A DNA stretch of 64,000 bases from a virus: positions 3,917 through 67,916 of the IMG/VR virus record IMGVR_UViG_3300042691_010023, one strand, 5' to 3'. Numbering within the stretch: the stretch's first letter is position 1; each line of letters begins with the position of its first letter. Shown here piece by piece: positions 40,959-50,896 of the stretch. Position numbers and translations under genes: made by a program. A model generated the notes under the pieces. That model had not been told where the DNA came from and made no database searches. It saw only the letters and a list, made by a program, of their open reading frames with translations.

Positions 40959-41690
40959 ATGAAACTAGCGCCGATAGCAAATACAATTATCTTATCTAAA
41001 CTATCTAATTTAATATTAGAATCTGCAGACGGAGATGCTTCATCAATACAAAGTCAGTTACAAGATTTATCTGCAGAACTTAAATCAGATGGCGAAGATA
41101 TTACCGATGAAGAAGTACAAGCTGCTATGTTGAATGCATTAGTAGATGCTAACGGCGATGTATCGCAAGTAGATGTAGATGATGTAGAATCTATTAAAAC
41201 TGAAATTCGTGAATTGCGTGGATATACTTTAACTGAGGGCGGAGGAGTTTTAGGTGCATTACATACTGTAGGAGATGTACTTGGTAATTCTGCATTTTTA
41301 CATGAACTAGCTATTGGTATTGAAAAAGTTACTGGTAAAAAAGTTGATGAAGGTAAACTAAAATCTAAAATAGAATCGGTTACTGCTATGCTAAAAAAAG
41401 TAACTGGGTTACCTGCTAAAGCCATGGAAAAAGCATTTGAATGGATAACTAAAAAATTAGGCGGCTCTGAATTTCAACAAAAGGTTGCAGGTGTAGCCGG
41501 CACGTTAGTTGCTACTGTAGCTTTATTAGCATTAGCCGCATACTTTTTCCCGTCAATAACATCAGGTATATTAATGGTATTTGCAATTACTGGCATGTTA
41601 GGTAAGTCTGCAGAAATATATAAATTAATAAAAGAACTTATTCATCATTTAAAAACTAACGAAACTAATATATCAACTCAAGGAACTTAA
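40959..41690 (+). CDS. protein with acidic N-terminus and C-terminal hydrophobic hairpin
   Basis: ILE/LTE putative protease sites; two hydrophobic helices near the C-terminus. Confidence 0.65.
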   Translation: MKLAPIANTIILSKLSNLILESADGDASSIQSQLQDLSAELKSDGEDITDEEVQAAMLNALVDANGDVSQVDVDDVESIKTEIRELRGYTLTEGGGVLGALHTVGDVLGNSAFLHELAIGIEKVTGKKVDEGKLKSKIESVTAMLKKVTGLPAKAMEKAFEWITKKLGGSEFQQKVAGVAGTLVATVALLALAAYFFPSITSGILMVFAITGMLGKSAEIYKLIKELIHHLKTNETNISTQGT

Positions 41691-42235
41691 TGAAACGTTA
41701 TACTGTAGAAGAACTAAAAACTAAATTTAATGAATTAGGATATGCATTTCCTAAATTTCACATTGTAGGTATTAGATCACAAGCTAATTTACCTAACGAA
41801 TTTGACGACCTTATCGGTGTAATATCAAGCACAAAAGTACAATGGTTTACAGGTACAACTAATCCAGGAACACATTGGTTAAAGAATTTGATGAATCCAA
41901 AAGGTACTGCTTTACTAAAGCCTGGCCAATGGACAGACTCTTGGAAATTAGGATTACACCGCGGCGAATATAAAGCATTAGTTCAATGTAAGCCTATTAC
42001 GGTATTTCGTGACACTGACAAAGATGCTCTTGCAGAAGAAACTGCAAAAACAGATACAGGATTATTTGGTATAAACATACACCGTGCAAATCCAAGATGG
42101 ACTAGCAAATTTATTGATAAATGGTCAGCAGGCTGCCAGGTATTAAATAATCCTGCTGACTTTAAGCTATTAATTGAGGCATGTGAAGCTTCAGGATTAT
42201 CTAGATTTACATATACTTTATTACGGGAGTTCTAA
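41690..42235 (+). CDS. putative endolysin, L,D-transpeptidase (YkuD)-like peptidase
   Basis: GINIHRA...WSAGCQV catalytic His/Cys motif; adjacent to holin-like and spanin-like genes. Confidence 0.7.
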   Translation: MKRYTVEELKTKFNELGYAFPKFHIVGIRSQANLPNEFDDLIGVISSTKVQWFTGTTNPGTHWLKNLMNPKGTALLKPGQWTDSWKLGLHRGEYKALVQCKPITVFRDTDKDALAEETAKTDTGLFGINIHRANPRWTSKFIDKWSAGCQVLNNPADFKLLIEACEASGLSRFTYTLLREF

Positions 42236-42516
42236 TGGCACAAAAACGTAAATATTGGGTAGATAAAATGCTATCTGGAGATAGCGGCGTATCATCTAAA
42301 CGAGTAGCGGGTACATTTGTATTACTCAATGTAATTGTATTTTGTTATATGGCAGTGATAAGTGAAATGGTATTGCCCGATTTTATGTTTGAAGCAATAT
42401 GTTTCTTAGCCGGCGGATTGTTAGGTATAACTGCATTAGAAAATGTATTTAAAAAAGATCCTCCTGCCGCAGAAGATACAACTACTCCGCCATCAACTAA
42501 TAACGAACAACCATAA
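42235..42516 (+). CDS. putative holin (2 TM)
   Basis: SSKRVAG followed by two hydrophobic helices, charged tail, coupled to endolysin. Confidence 0.65.
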   Translation: MAQKRKYWVDKMLSGDSGVSSKRVAGTFVLLNVIVFCYMAVISEMVLPDFMFEAICFLAGGLLGITALENVFKKDPPAAEDTTTPPSTNNEQP

Positions 42517-42520
42517 TAAT

Positions 42521-42931
42521 ATGTTGAAATTTTTAAAAAAATATTGGTACTATATAGTTATGCTACTGTTGTTAGTAGCACTATATATCCTATATAAAAA
42601 AGCTACTGAAAAGCAACTAGTAGTTACAGATACTACCATTGAAGATCTTAGAGCACGTGTAGATAGTTTATCACATGCTAACGATAGTTTACAAATTGCA
42701 TACGACGTCAAACAAGCCACGATCATTAACAACATAACATATAAAAACATACAAGATGCTAAAAACATTTCTAAAATTCCTAGCCTTACTTACCATCAGC
42801 GCGACAGCTTATGGGCAAAGTTTCTTACCACAGAGGATAGTGTACCAGGGGGATACTGGGATATTCTTAAGCAAAAAACAGGAGGCAGAAGTCCTAAAGA
42901 GCTTAGCGTACAAGGATCTGTACAAAAGTAA
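42521..42931 (+). CDS. i-spanin-like membrane-anchored coiled-coil protein
   Basis: Likely start ATG 42521 (MLKFLKKYWYYIVMLLLL...), N-terminal TM followed by coiled coil. Confidence 0.55.
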   Translation: MLKFLKKYWYYIVMLLLLVALYILYKKATEKQLVVTDTTIEDLRARVDSLSHANDSLQIAYDVKQATIINNITYKNIQDAKNISKIPSLTYHQRDSLWAKFLTTEDSVPGGYWDILKQKTGGRSPKELSVQGSVQK

Positions 42932-43265
42932 TTTAGATTCTATGTTCCAATATGCAGATAACTGTACAGAAGCTCTAATGCTTTCACGTACAGCTTTTTT
43001 TAGTTTATACGATCAATACGGCGATTTAGAAACTGAAGCTAAAACGCAACGTGATTCGGTACAAATAGAAAAGTTAGCAAAAAATAAAGCTTTAGAAGAA
43101 GTCGTTAAACAAACAGATCGTAAAGTATTATGGCGTAGAATTGCAGTAGGCGAGGGTATAATATTGGCAGGTGCTACATTTGCCATTATATCAGGCGCAT
43201 GGATTCCAGCATTAGCAGTTACAGCAATTGCAGAAACTGTACATATTTCAAAAAGAAAAAAATAA
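42756..43265 (+). CDS. overlapping secreted protein with C-terminal TM (spanin-like partner)
   Basis: Signal peptide ...SATAYG|Q, coiled coil, C-terminal hydrophobic segment; overlaps previous ORF by 176 nt. Confidence 0.55.
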   Translation: MLKTFLKFLALLTISATAYGQSFLPQRIVYQGDTGIFLSKKQEAEVLKSLAYKDLYKSNLDSMFQYADNCTEALMLSRTAFFSLYDQYGDLETEAKTQRDSVQIEKLAKNKALEEVVKQTDRKVLWRRIAVGEGIILAGATFAIISGAWIPALAVTAIAETVHISKRKK

Positions 43266-43274
43266 TGGTTATGT

Positions 43275-44849
43275 ATGTCTCAAAAATCGTTAAAAGAAAT
43301 TATAGCAGATGAGTATAAAAAATGTGCCACTGACCCGGTACATTTTATGAAAAAATATTGTATTATTCAACATCCTACCAAAGGAAAAATATACTTTCAT
43401 TTATACCCATTCCAAGAAGATGTTTTGCGTAATATGCAAAACAATAGATATTCGGTTATATTAAAATCTCGACAATTAGGTATTTCTACATTATCTGCAG
43501 GATATGCATTATGGTGCATGTTGTTTAAACAAGACTTTAATATCTTAGTATTAGCTACTACTCAAGACGTTGCTAAAAACTTGGTAACTAAAGTACGTGT
43601 AATGCACGAAAATTTACCTATCTGGTTAAAAGGTAAGTCGATTGAAGATAATAAATTGTCGTTACGTTTTAAAAACGGATCACAAATTAAAGCCGTTTCT
43701 AGTACAGGCACATCAGGTCGTTCTGAAGCATTATCATTACTAATTATTGATGAGGCTGCATTTATACGTAACATTGAAGAAATTTGGAAATCAGCTCAGC
43801 AAACATTGGCAACCGGTGGAGGATGTATTGCATTATCGACACCTAACGGTACAGGTAATTGGTTTCATCAAACATGGGTAGATGCAGAATCAGGCGGGCA
43901 ATTTAAGCCAATTAAACTACACTGGACGGTACATCCGGAACGTGATGAAAGTTGGCGTATAGAACAAACGGAGTTGTTAGGTGAAAAGGGAGCTGCACAA
44001 GAATGTGATTGTGACTTTATTTCATCTGGACATACTGTTATTGATGGTCCTATACTGCAATGGTATGATCAAACATATATTAAAGATCCAATCGAACGTA
44101 GAGGATTTGATGGTAATTATTGGATATGGGAATATCCAGACTATTCAAAAAATTACGCAGTAGTAGCTGACGTAGCTCGAGGCGATGGTTCTGATTATTC
44201 TGCATTCCATGTAATCGATGTAGATAATTTAACACAAGTAGCAGAATATCGTGGTAAGATAGGTACTACAGAATACGGTAACATGTTAATGTCAGTAGCT
44301 ACAGATTATAATAATGCGCTGTTAGTTATAGAAAATGCCAATGTCGGTTGGGCCGTTATCCAAGTTGTAATTGATAGAGGCTATAGTAATTTATATTATT
44401 CATATCGACAAGACGCTTATATAGACGAAAATATACATCTTACTAAGGGATATGATCTTAAAAGTAAGTCAGACATGGTACCAGGATTTTCTACAACTAG
44501 TAAAACACGTCCATTGACCATTTCAAAATTAGAAACGTATTTACGAGAAAAAAGTCCGGTTGTACGAAGTAAACGTTTGTTAGATGAGTTGTTTGTATTT
44601 ATATGGAACGGTTCTAGGGCAGAAGCACAACGTGGATATAATGATGATTTGGTAATGTCATTCGCTATAGCATTATGGATACGAGACACGGCATTACGTC
44701 TCAAACAACAAGGTATGGACTTATCACGTAAGGCATTAAATCATTTCGGAAAGACTAATCCAGGAGTGTATACAATATCACCTCAACAACATCAAACATG
44801 GACATGGAAAACTCCTGGCGGAGATGAAAGTTTAACCTGGCTGACCTAA
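43275..44849 (+). CDS. terminase large subunit (T4 gp17-like)
   Basis: LYPFQ, KSRQLGIST Walker A, LLIIDEAAF Walker B, STPNG, ADVARG.G.DYSA, DDLVMS. Confidence 0.97.
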   Translation: MSQKSLKEIIADEYKKCATDPVHFMKKYCIIQHPTKGKIYFHLYPFQEDVLRNMQNNRYSVILKSRQLGISTLSAGYALWCMLFKQDFNILVLATTQDVAKNLVTKVRVMHENLPIWLKGKSIEDNKLSLRFKNGSQIKAVSSTGTSGRSEALSLLIIDEAAFIRNIEEIWKSAQQTLATGGGCIALSTPNGTGNWFHQTWVDAESGGQFKPIKLHWTVHPERDESWRIEQTELLGEKGAAQECDCDFISSGHTVIDGPILQWYDQTYIKDPIERRGFDGNYWIWEYPDYSKNYAVVADVARGDGSDYSAFHVIDVDNLTQVAEYRGKIGTTEYGNMLMSVATDYNNALLVIENANVGWAVIQVVIDRGYSNLYYSYRQDAYIDENIHLTKGYDLKSKSDMVPGFSTTSKTRPLTISKLETYLREKSPVVRSKRLLDELFVFIWNGSRAEAQRGYNDDLVMSFAIALWIRDTALRLKQQGMDLSRKALNHFGKTNPGVYTISPQQHQTWTWKTPGGDESLTWLT

Positions 44850-44871
44850 TATTTATAAATAAATAATATAC

Positions 44872-46767
44872 ATGGCAGACACTTCATTACAGGCCAGATT
44901 AAAACGGCTATTTTCTACTAATGTAATTGTAAGACGTATCGCTAAAAATCGTTTAAAGGCGGTTGATACAAATAGGTTACAATCTAACGGCTCATTATCT
45001 AGTAACAGTTATATCGATAGATTTACTGGATTACATAGAGGTCAGTCAGGTTATGCTACATATAACCAAACATACAATTTTCATTCTTCTAAACTAGAAT
45101 TGTTTACAGATTACGAAGCTATGGATATGGATCCTATTATAGCATCGGCATTAGATATTTACGCAGACGAATCTACAGTTAAAAATGCAGAAGGTGATAC
45201 ATTATCAATTTCTACATCTAACGAAGAAGTTCGTAAAGTACTGCATAATTTATTTTACGATATTATTAATATTGACTATAATCTATGGCCATGGGTACGT
45301 AATGCGTGTAAGTACGGCGATTTCTTTTTACATTTAGATATTGAAGACGAATTAGGGGTTATTAACGTAACTCCATTATCAGCATACGAAGTTCGTCGTG
45401 AAGATGGATATGATCCAGAAAATCCATATGCATATCGATTTATACTCGAAGGTCCTAGTGGTACATATGCTAATTTTGCCGGTAAGCCTAACCGTACTGA
45501 ATTTGAAAGTTTTCAAATGGCACACTTTCGTTTGTTATCTGATACAAACTTCTTACCGTACGGTAAGTCAATGATCGAGTCAGGACGTAAATTGTTTAAG
45601 CAATTGTCATTAATGGAAGATGCGATGCTTATTCAACGTATTATGCGTGCCCCAGAACGTCGCGTTTTTAAAATTGATGTAGGTAATATTCCACCACATG
45701 AAGTAGATAACTATATGAACCAAATCATGAGCAAGATGAAAAAGGTTCCATATATGAATGAACAGACAGGTGACTACAACCTTAAGTTTAATCTGCAAAA
45801 CATGATGGAAGATTATTATCTGCCAGTTCGTGGCGGAGAGTCTGGTACTGCAATTGATACATTAGCTGGATTAACTAATGAAGGCCAAATTGAAGATATT
45901 GAATACTTACGTAATAAATTGCATGCTGCATTAAAGATACCTAAAGCATTTTTAGGATATGATGAGGGAGTAGAAGGTAAAGCTACATTAGCAGCTGAAG
46001 ATGTACGTTTTGCTCGTACAATTGAACGTATTCAAAAAATATTTGTATCTGAATTAACTAAGATTGCAATCGTTCATTTATATGCACAAGGATTTCGTGA
46101 TGAAGATTTGATTGGGTTCTCATTAGAACTAAATAATCCTTCGTTGATTTATGAAAAGCAACAATTAGAATCTTTAACTACAAAAGTAGAATTGGCAGGT
46201 AAATTACGCGAATCGCAATTGTTTTCGGAACAATGGATTTACGAAAACATATTTGGTATGACTGAGTATGAATGGAAGTCTCAACAAGATAATGTAATAG
46301 AAGATCTTAAAACTCAGTTCCGTCGCAAACAAATTGCTGATGAAGGTAATGACCCTAAAAAGACAAATATGAGTTTTGGTACTCCGCATGACATTGCATC
46401 AATGCACGTAGCTACCAAAGGAGAATTGTTGCCAGGTATGGAACAGGAACATGTTGCTGGCCCTGGACGTCCTAAAGATATTAGTACATGGGGTAAGCAT
46501 TCTAGTCCGCATGGACGTGATCCATTAGGTGCTAAACAACTCGGAGCTACATTCAATAACAGTCCTAAAACAGATCCGTTGCAACATACATTTCGTAAAA
46601 GTTCTCCATTAAGCATAGAATCGATTGAGTCTAAAGCATTAATTAAAACATTGAATACTAAATTTAAAAGTTCTAGTATAATACAAGAGTCGTTAGATAA
46701 AAGCGCTGTCGATCCAGATGCGGGTACATTATTAGACGAATCGCAATTATTATCACTAAATGACTAA
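44872..46767 (+). CDS. portal protein (T4 gp20-like)
   Basis: MEDAMLIQRIMRAPERRVFKIDVGNIP, MMEDYYLPVRG, IEDIEY..KLHAALKIPK. Confidence 0.97.
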   Translation: MADTSLQARLKRLFSTNVIVRRIAKNRLKAVDTNRLQSNGSLSSNSYIDRFTGLHRGQSGYATYNQTYNFHSSKLELFTDYEAMDMDPIIASALDIYADESTVKNAEGDTLSISTSNEEVRKVLHNLFYDIINIDYNLWPWVRNACKYGDFFLHLDIEDELGVINVTPLSAYEVRREDGYDPENPYAYRFILEGPSGTYANFAGKPNRTEFESFQMAHFRLLSDTNFLPYGKSMIESGRKLFKQLSLMEDAMLIQRIMRAPERRVFKIDVGNIPPHEVDNYMNQIMSKMKKVPYMNEQTGDYNLKFNLQNMMEDYYLPVRGGESGTAIDTLAGLTNEGQIEDIEYLRNKLHAALKIPKAFLGYDEGVEGKATLAAEDVRFARTIERIQKIFVSELTKIAIVHLYAQGFRDEDLIGFSLELNNPSLIYEKQQLESLTTKVELAGKLRESQLFSEQWIYENIFGMTEYEWKSQQDNVIEDLKTQFRRKQIADEGNDPKKTNMSFGTPHDIASMHVATKGELLPGMEQEHVAGPGRPKDISTWGKHSSPHGRDPLGAKQLGATFNNSPKTDPLQHTFRKSSPLSIESIESKALIKTLNTKFKSSSIIQESLDKSAVDPDAGTLLDESQLLSLND

Positions 46768-46836
46768 GATTATAACATTTTACAGTGATATATATATTTA
46801 TTAAAAAGGCGTATACATAAAAGGAAACGTAACACT

Positions 46837-47685
46837 ATGAGCCGAATTAAACATTCAAAAGTAAAAAATACAGGTTTAATTTTCGAGTTACTCGTACGTC
46901 AAGTCGCTGCCGATACTATGAATGGTACTCGGTCTAAAGCTTTACAAATTATTAAGAAGAATTTTAATAACAATACCGAGTTAAATAAAGAACTTAAACT
47001 ATATCGCGCAGTACACGAAGAGAAATTTAATTCAGATGCTAAAGCACATGCATTTCTTTCTGCCGTTATAAAGTCTAAGAAAATGATCAATGAGTCATCT
47101 CTTAAGCGTGAAAAATTCAATCTTATCAAAGAAATACGTACGGCTTACGATATTGAAGATTTTTTTACAGCACGAGTAAACAATTATAAAATACATGCCA
47201 GTATTTATAAATTATTTGAATTTGCAGAGGCAGATGACCCTAAAGAATATGTAGAGACTAAATTTGCACTACTAGAACATGTACGTACTGTAGCTAATAA
47301 AACAGAAGCTACAAAGCCTATGTTAGAGTCAGAAAATAAAGATGTACGTATTTTAGCTTCAAAAATAATTGTAGATCGTTTCAATGAAAAATATTCTAGT
47401 CAATTGACTACTGAACAAAAGTCTTTGCTACGTCAATATATTAATACGGTTAGTAATTCTACATCTCTTAAAGACTATGTAATTAAAGAAGCTAAGAGTA
47501 TTAGTGAGCAATTGAAAACATTGAAGACTACAATTCCTAGTAAAGTATTACGTATCAAATTAAATGAAGTGTCTAATTTGTTATCTTCCCTATCTAAAAA
47601 ACATGTTATCGAAGATAAAGACGTTTTAACAATGTTACGTTATTATGAATTAGTTTCTGAATTAAATAAAGTTAAAGGTAAGTAA
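46837..47685 (+). CDS. head morphogenesis-region protein
   Basis: 282 aa directly after portal; late motif and SD. Confidence 0.7.
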   Translation: MSRIKHSKVKNTGLIFELLVRQVAADTMNGTRSKALQIIKKNFNNNTELNKELKLYRAVHEEKFNSDAKAHAFLSAVIKSKKMINESSLKREKFNLIKEIRTAYDIEDFFTARVNNYKIHASIYKLFEFAEADDPKEYVETKFALLEHVRTVANKTEATKPMLESENKDVRILASKIIVDRFNEKYSSQLTTEQKSLLRQYINTVSNSTSLKDYVIKEAKSISEQLKTLKTTIPSKVLRIKLNEVSNLLSSLSKKHVIEDKDVLTMLRYYELVSELNKVKGK

Positions 47686-48011
47686 TGGGATCACAAGTAG
47701 GAACTTATCCATATAATTACAATGCGCCAGATACAAACAATGGGCCAGATCAATTTGATCGTTTGGGGCATCCAGGTAAATATTATTCGGTACTTTCATA
47801 CCAAAACGGACAATTGGACTTGACAGGCTCTAACTACGGATATGGTAGTATTATTGTAAAAACGCCTAATAGTGCTACAATTACATTATCAGGCGGCGGT
47901 ACGATTGCAGATAGTAGTTTAACTGCAGGTGTAGTATATGATCTGTCTGTTAGTAAAATTAGTGGTGGTAGTGGAGCTTTAATTTTAGTACTTAAGAAGC
48001 AAGGAATCTAA
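47685..48011 (+). CDS. small beta-rich virion protein
   Basis: 108 aa, TAATG-coupled. Confidence 0.6.
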   Translation: MGSQVGTYPYNYNAPDTNNGPDQFDRLGHPGKYYSVLSYQNGQLDLTGSNYGYGSIIVKTPNSATITLSGGGTIADSSLTAGVVYDLSVSKISGGSGALILVLKKQGI

Positions 48012-48844
48012 TGGGTTTATTTAAAGATATAGAAAAAAGCTTTAAGCGTTTAACGGAAGGTGTAGATGACGTTTCTGATAAAGAAGCTAAGTCTAAATTT
48101 AAAGATCTTGAAGATAAAGATCTAGATAATGATGGCGATGCTGATTCTTCTGATAAATACTTACATAAACGTTTAGGTAAAGTAGCTTTAAAAACTGAAG
48201 AAGAGTCTGAAGAAGAACTCGATGAAATGTCGACATCTGCAGCCACTCCAGGATATATGACTCCAAAAGCTTTTGGTAAGGCTGGTGATGATACGGTAGA
48301 AGCTGATGGATGGAAACGTGTTAAAAAAACTAACAAAATATTTCGTCCTATGGAAAATAAATCTTCGTATAAAAAAATGATGTCAGAAATGTATGGCGTT
48401 GTTGATGAGTTACAATTACATGAAGCTGTTAATCCTGAGTTAGATAAAGCAGTTAAAAGATTTATTGATGCATTAGCTAAGAAATATGGTTATAAAAGTT
48501 CTGATGCTGTCATGGCAGTGTTTCAAGCACTTACACGTTTAAATTTGATACATAACAGTGTTAAATATAAAGCACCTTCCGGCTTTGAAATCGAAGAAGC
48601 AGTGTCATACCGTCAATACAAAAAAGATGAGTCAGCTTCACCATCACAGAAAGTTAACAAAAGTATAATGGAAGTTAACAAAATGTTAGCTGAAATTGAA
48701 AAGATTGTGCATAACAATATTAGACTTAAAACAGAGACAGGAGTTGATTCTTCTCAGTTTTGGAAGCAGACTGGTAATCGTATCAATAAAATAAATGAAC
48801 GCATTGTTAGAATTTCTAATAGATTAAAGGAATTATCTAAATGA
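48011..48844 (+). CDS. putative prohead core/internal protein with EF-hand-like loop
   Basis: DLDNDGDADSSD loop; multiple LTE/LDE/LHE/IEE sites. Confidence 0.65.
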   Translation: MGLFKDIEKSFKRLTEGVDDVSDKEAKSKFKDLEDKDLDNDGDADSSDKYLHKRLGKVALKTEEESEEELDEMSTSAATPGYMTPKAFGKAGDDTVEADGWKRVKKTNKIFRPMENKSSYKKMMSEMYGVVDELQLHEAVNPELDKAVKRFIDALAKKYGYKSSDAVMAVFQALTRLNLIHNSVKYKAPSGFEIEEAVSYRQYKKDESASPSQKVNKSIMEVNKMLAEIEKIVHNNIRLKTETGVDSSQFWKQTGNRINKINERIVRISNRLKELSK

Positions 48845-49650
48845 AAAGTTTTTTAGATTGGAAATATTGGTCAGCACAATCTCATATTAAGCAATTAATA
48901 GAATCTAAAGGTATAGAAGTTGCGCGGCAACAATTTATACGTGAGTCTAATAAAGCATTATGGGATGATCCGATCATTTTAGTAGAGCATTCCGCTCCAG
49001 GATTATCTGTAAGTAATAATAATAGCGCCGGCGCCGGATCTACACCTAGTATCATAGGATTTAGTTCACAGATAGATAGATTTACATGGGCTAGTGGTAT
49101 AACTAATAATATTACTGGATCGCACCCATTAAGTGCTAGTATACATGGTAACTATGTAGACATTACTACATATGATGGTACTGTAGATTATTCATATAAT
49201 CATGTTAATTCTTCAAAAACTTTTAGATTATATATAACATCAGCATCTAATTTTACAGCAACTAATGTTAATGGTATCGATGGTGTAATTACTGCATCAT
49301 ATGGTTTCGGTACTGAAACTACTAATGTAACAGGTAGTATTTTATTTAAATGGGCAGATGCATTAGCTAATCAAACAGCTACCGCGGTAGTTGCAGGATT
49401 TACTAACACAATAGCTCCATCTACGTTATTTACTCTGACATTAGCCGCGGGTAGCGGATCGTTAACTGTAACACATGTTAATGAAGGCGGCGTACCTGGC
49501 ATGTCAACTACTTTGACATCTGCAACTGCATCTGTAGCTGTAATAACTGCCGGTACAGATCGATATTATAATAATACAAATTATTATGATGGAGCTACTT
49601 TATTTAATGGCTCACAATCTCCGTATACAACATTGACACGTAGAGGATAA
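48841..49650 (+). CDS. hypothetical virion protein
   Basis: 269 aa, Thr/Ser/Gly beta-rich. Confidence 0.6.
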   Translation: MKSFLDWKYWSAQSHIKQLIESKGIEVARQQFIRESNKALWDDPIILVEHSAPGLSVSNNNSAGAGSTPSIIGFSSQIDRFTWASGITNNITGSHPLSASIHGNYVDITTYDGTVDYSYNHVNSSKTFRLYITSASNFTATNVNGIDGVITASYGFGTETTNVTGSILFKWADALANQTATAVVAGFTNTIAPSTLFTLTLAAGSGSLTVTHVNEGGVPGMSTTLTSATASVAVITAGTDRYYNNTNYYDGATLFNGSQSPYTTLTRRG

Positions 49651-49651
49651 A

Positions 49652-50257
49652 ATGAACAAACAATTATTAATAGATTATAATGTATTTGAAGTAACGCCTC
49701 AACAAATAAACGAATCGTTAGCTAATAACGGGGGTCGTTTAATTGTACAAGGAGTACTTCAACGTGCTGAAGCTAAGAATCATAACGGACGTGTTTATCC
49801 AATGGAAACATTGATGCGTGAAGCTAAAAAGTATAATGAAAGTTATATAACAGAGCGTCGTGCATTAGGAGAACTAGATCATCCAGATTCTTCAGTTGTT
49901 AATTTAAATAACGTTAGTCATAACATTTTAGAAATGGCTTGGCGTGGCAAAGATTTAGTAGGTACTGTAGAAGTACTTCCTACACCTGCAGGTAATATAC
50001 TTAAAGCATTATTCCAATCAGGAATTAAATTAGGTATTTCATCGCGCGGTTTAGGTTCAGTAAAAGAAGTAATGCGCGAAGCAGGTAGTGCAATGGAAGT
50101 ACAGCCTGACTTTGAATTGATAGCATTTGATTTTGTTAGTAACCCTTCAACACATGGAGCATTTTTATCTCCAGTAAATGAATCGGTAGACAAAACAATG
50201 AACACAAAATATAATAATATTAATCGTTTAATTTCAGAAATTATAAGGGAGTTTTAA
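49652..50257 (+). CDS. prohead core protease (T4 gp21-like)
   Basis: NHNGRVYP, ALGELDHP, VSH, TPAGNIL, LGISSRGLGS, DFVSNPS. Confidence 0.95.
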   Translation: MNKQLLIDYNVFEVTPQQINESLANNGGRLIVQGVLQRAEAKNHNGRVYPMETLMREAKKYNESYITERRALGELDHPDSSVVNLNNVSHNILEMAWRGKDLVGTVEVLPTPAGNILKALFQSGIKLGISSRGLGSVKEVMREAGSAMEVQPDFELIAFDFVSNPSTHGAFLSPVNESVDKTMNTKYNNINRLISEIIREF

Positions 50258-50258
50258 T

Positions 50259-50525
50259 ATGGCACTCGTAGATTTAGCGAACACATCACAATTAGGTCCT
50301 AATAATCCTATAGGAGCTAAAGGCACTGGATATACCACTGGAGCAAATGCAGATCCGTTGGAAAATATGCAGTTAGGTAATCCTAAGACAGGACAAGGTA
50401 TATTTGATAGCTTAACAGATGCGGCAGGTGCTAGTTTGTTAGGTCCTACTAATCCAGTTGGTCAAAAAGGTAATGGTACTGTTATTGATCCGTTCGGTAA
50501 TATTCCATCTGAATTAACTAACTAA
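50259..50525 (+). CDS. small protein with internal duplication
   Basis: SQLGPNNPIGAKGTG / SLLGPTNPVGQKGNG. Confidence 0.6.
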   Translation: MALVDLANTSQLGPNNPIGAKGTGYTTGANADPLENMQLGNPKTGQGIFDSLTDAAGASLLGPTNPVGQKGNGTVIDPFGNIPSELTN

Positions 50526-50536
50526 TACGTAAAACT

Positions 50537-50896
50537 ATGAAAAGTTTAAAAGATAAATATAATCAACTATTTAATGGTAAGCCTATGTCTAATGACAAAG
50601 GGCTGATCAAAGAAAGTTTTGGTAAGGCTGGTATTGCTACTGGTAAACGTACTGTTAATGAAGCAGAGCCTGGTTCTGATCGTCGTAAAGAATTTCAATC
50701 GCAACTAGATGAAATTATGAACATGTTGGGAGACTTAACTGACGAATTTGGATATGAATTGGAAATGACTGCTGACGCAGAAGGTTTACCAGAATATCGT
50801 CAATGGCTTACGCAGTTAGGACGTTATTCATCAGCTGCAGAAAAAAATCTTAAAGGTCTTGGTAAGATAATTAAACAAGCTTACGGAGGTTTATAA
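50537..50896 (+). CDS. hypothetical head-region protein
   Basis: 119 aa; IKE/VNE sites. Confidence 0.6.
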   Translation: MKSLKDKYNQLFNGKPMSNDKGLIKESFGKAGIATGKRTVNEAEPGSDRRKEFQSQLDEIMNMLGDLTDEFGYELEMTADAEGLPEYRQWLTQLGRYSSAAEKNLKGLGKIIKQAYGGL

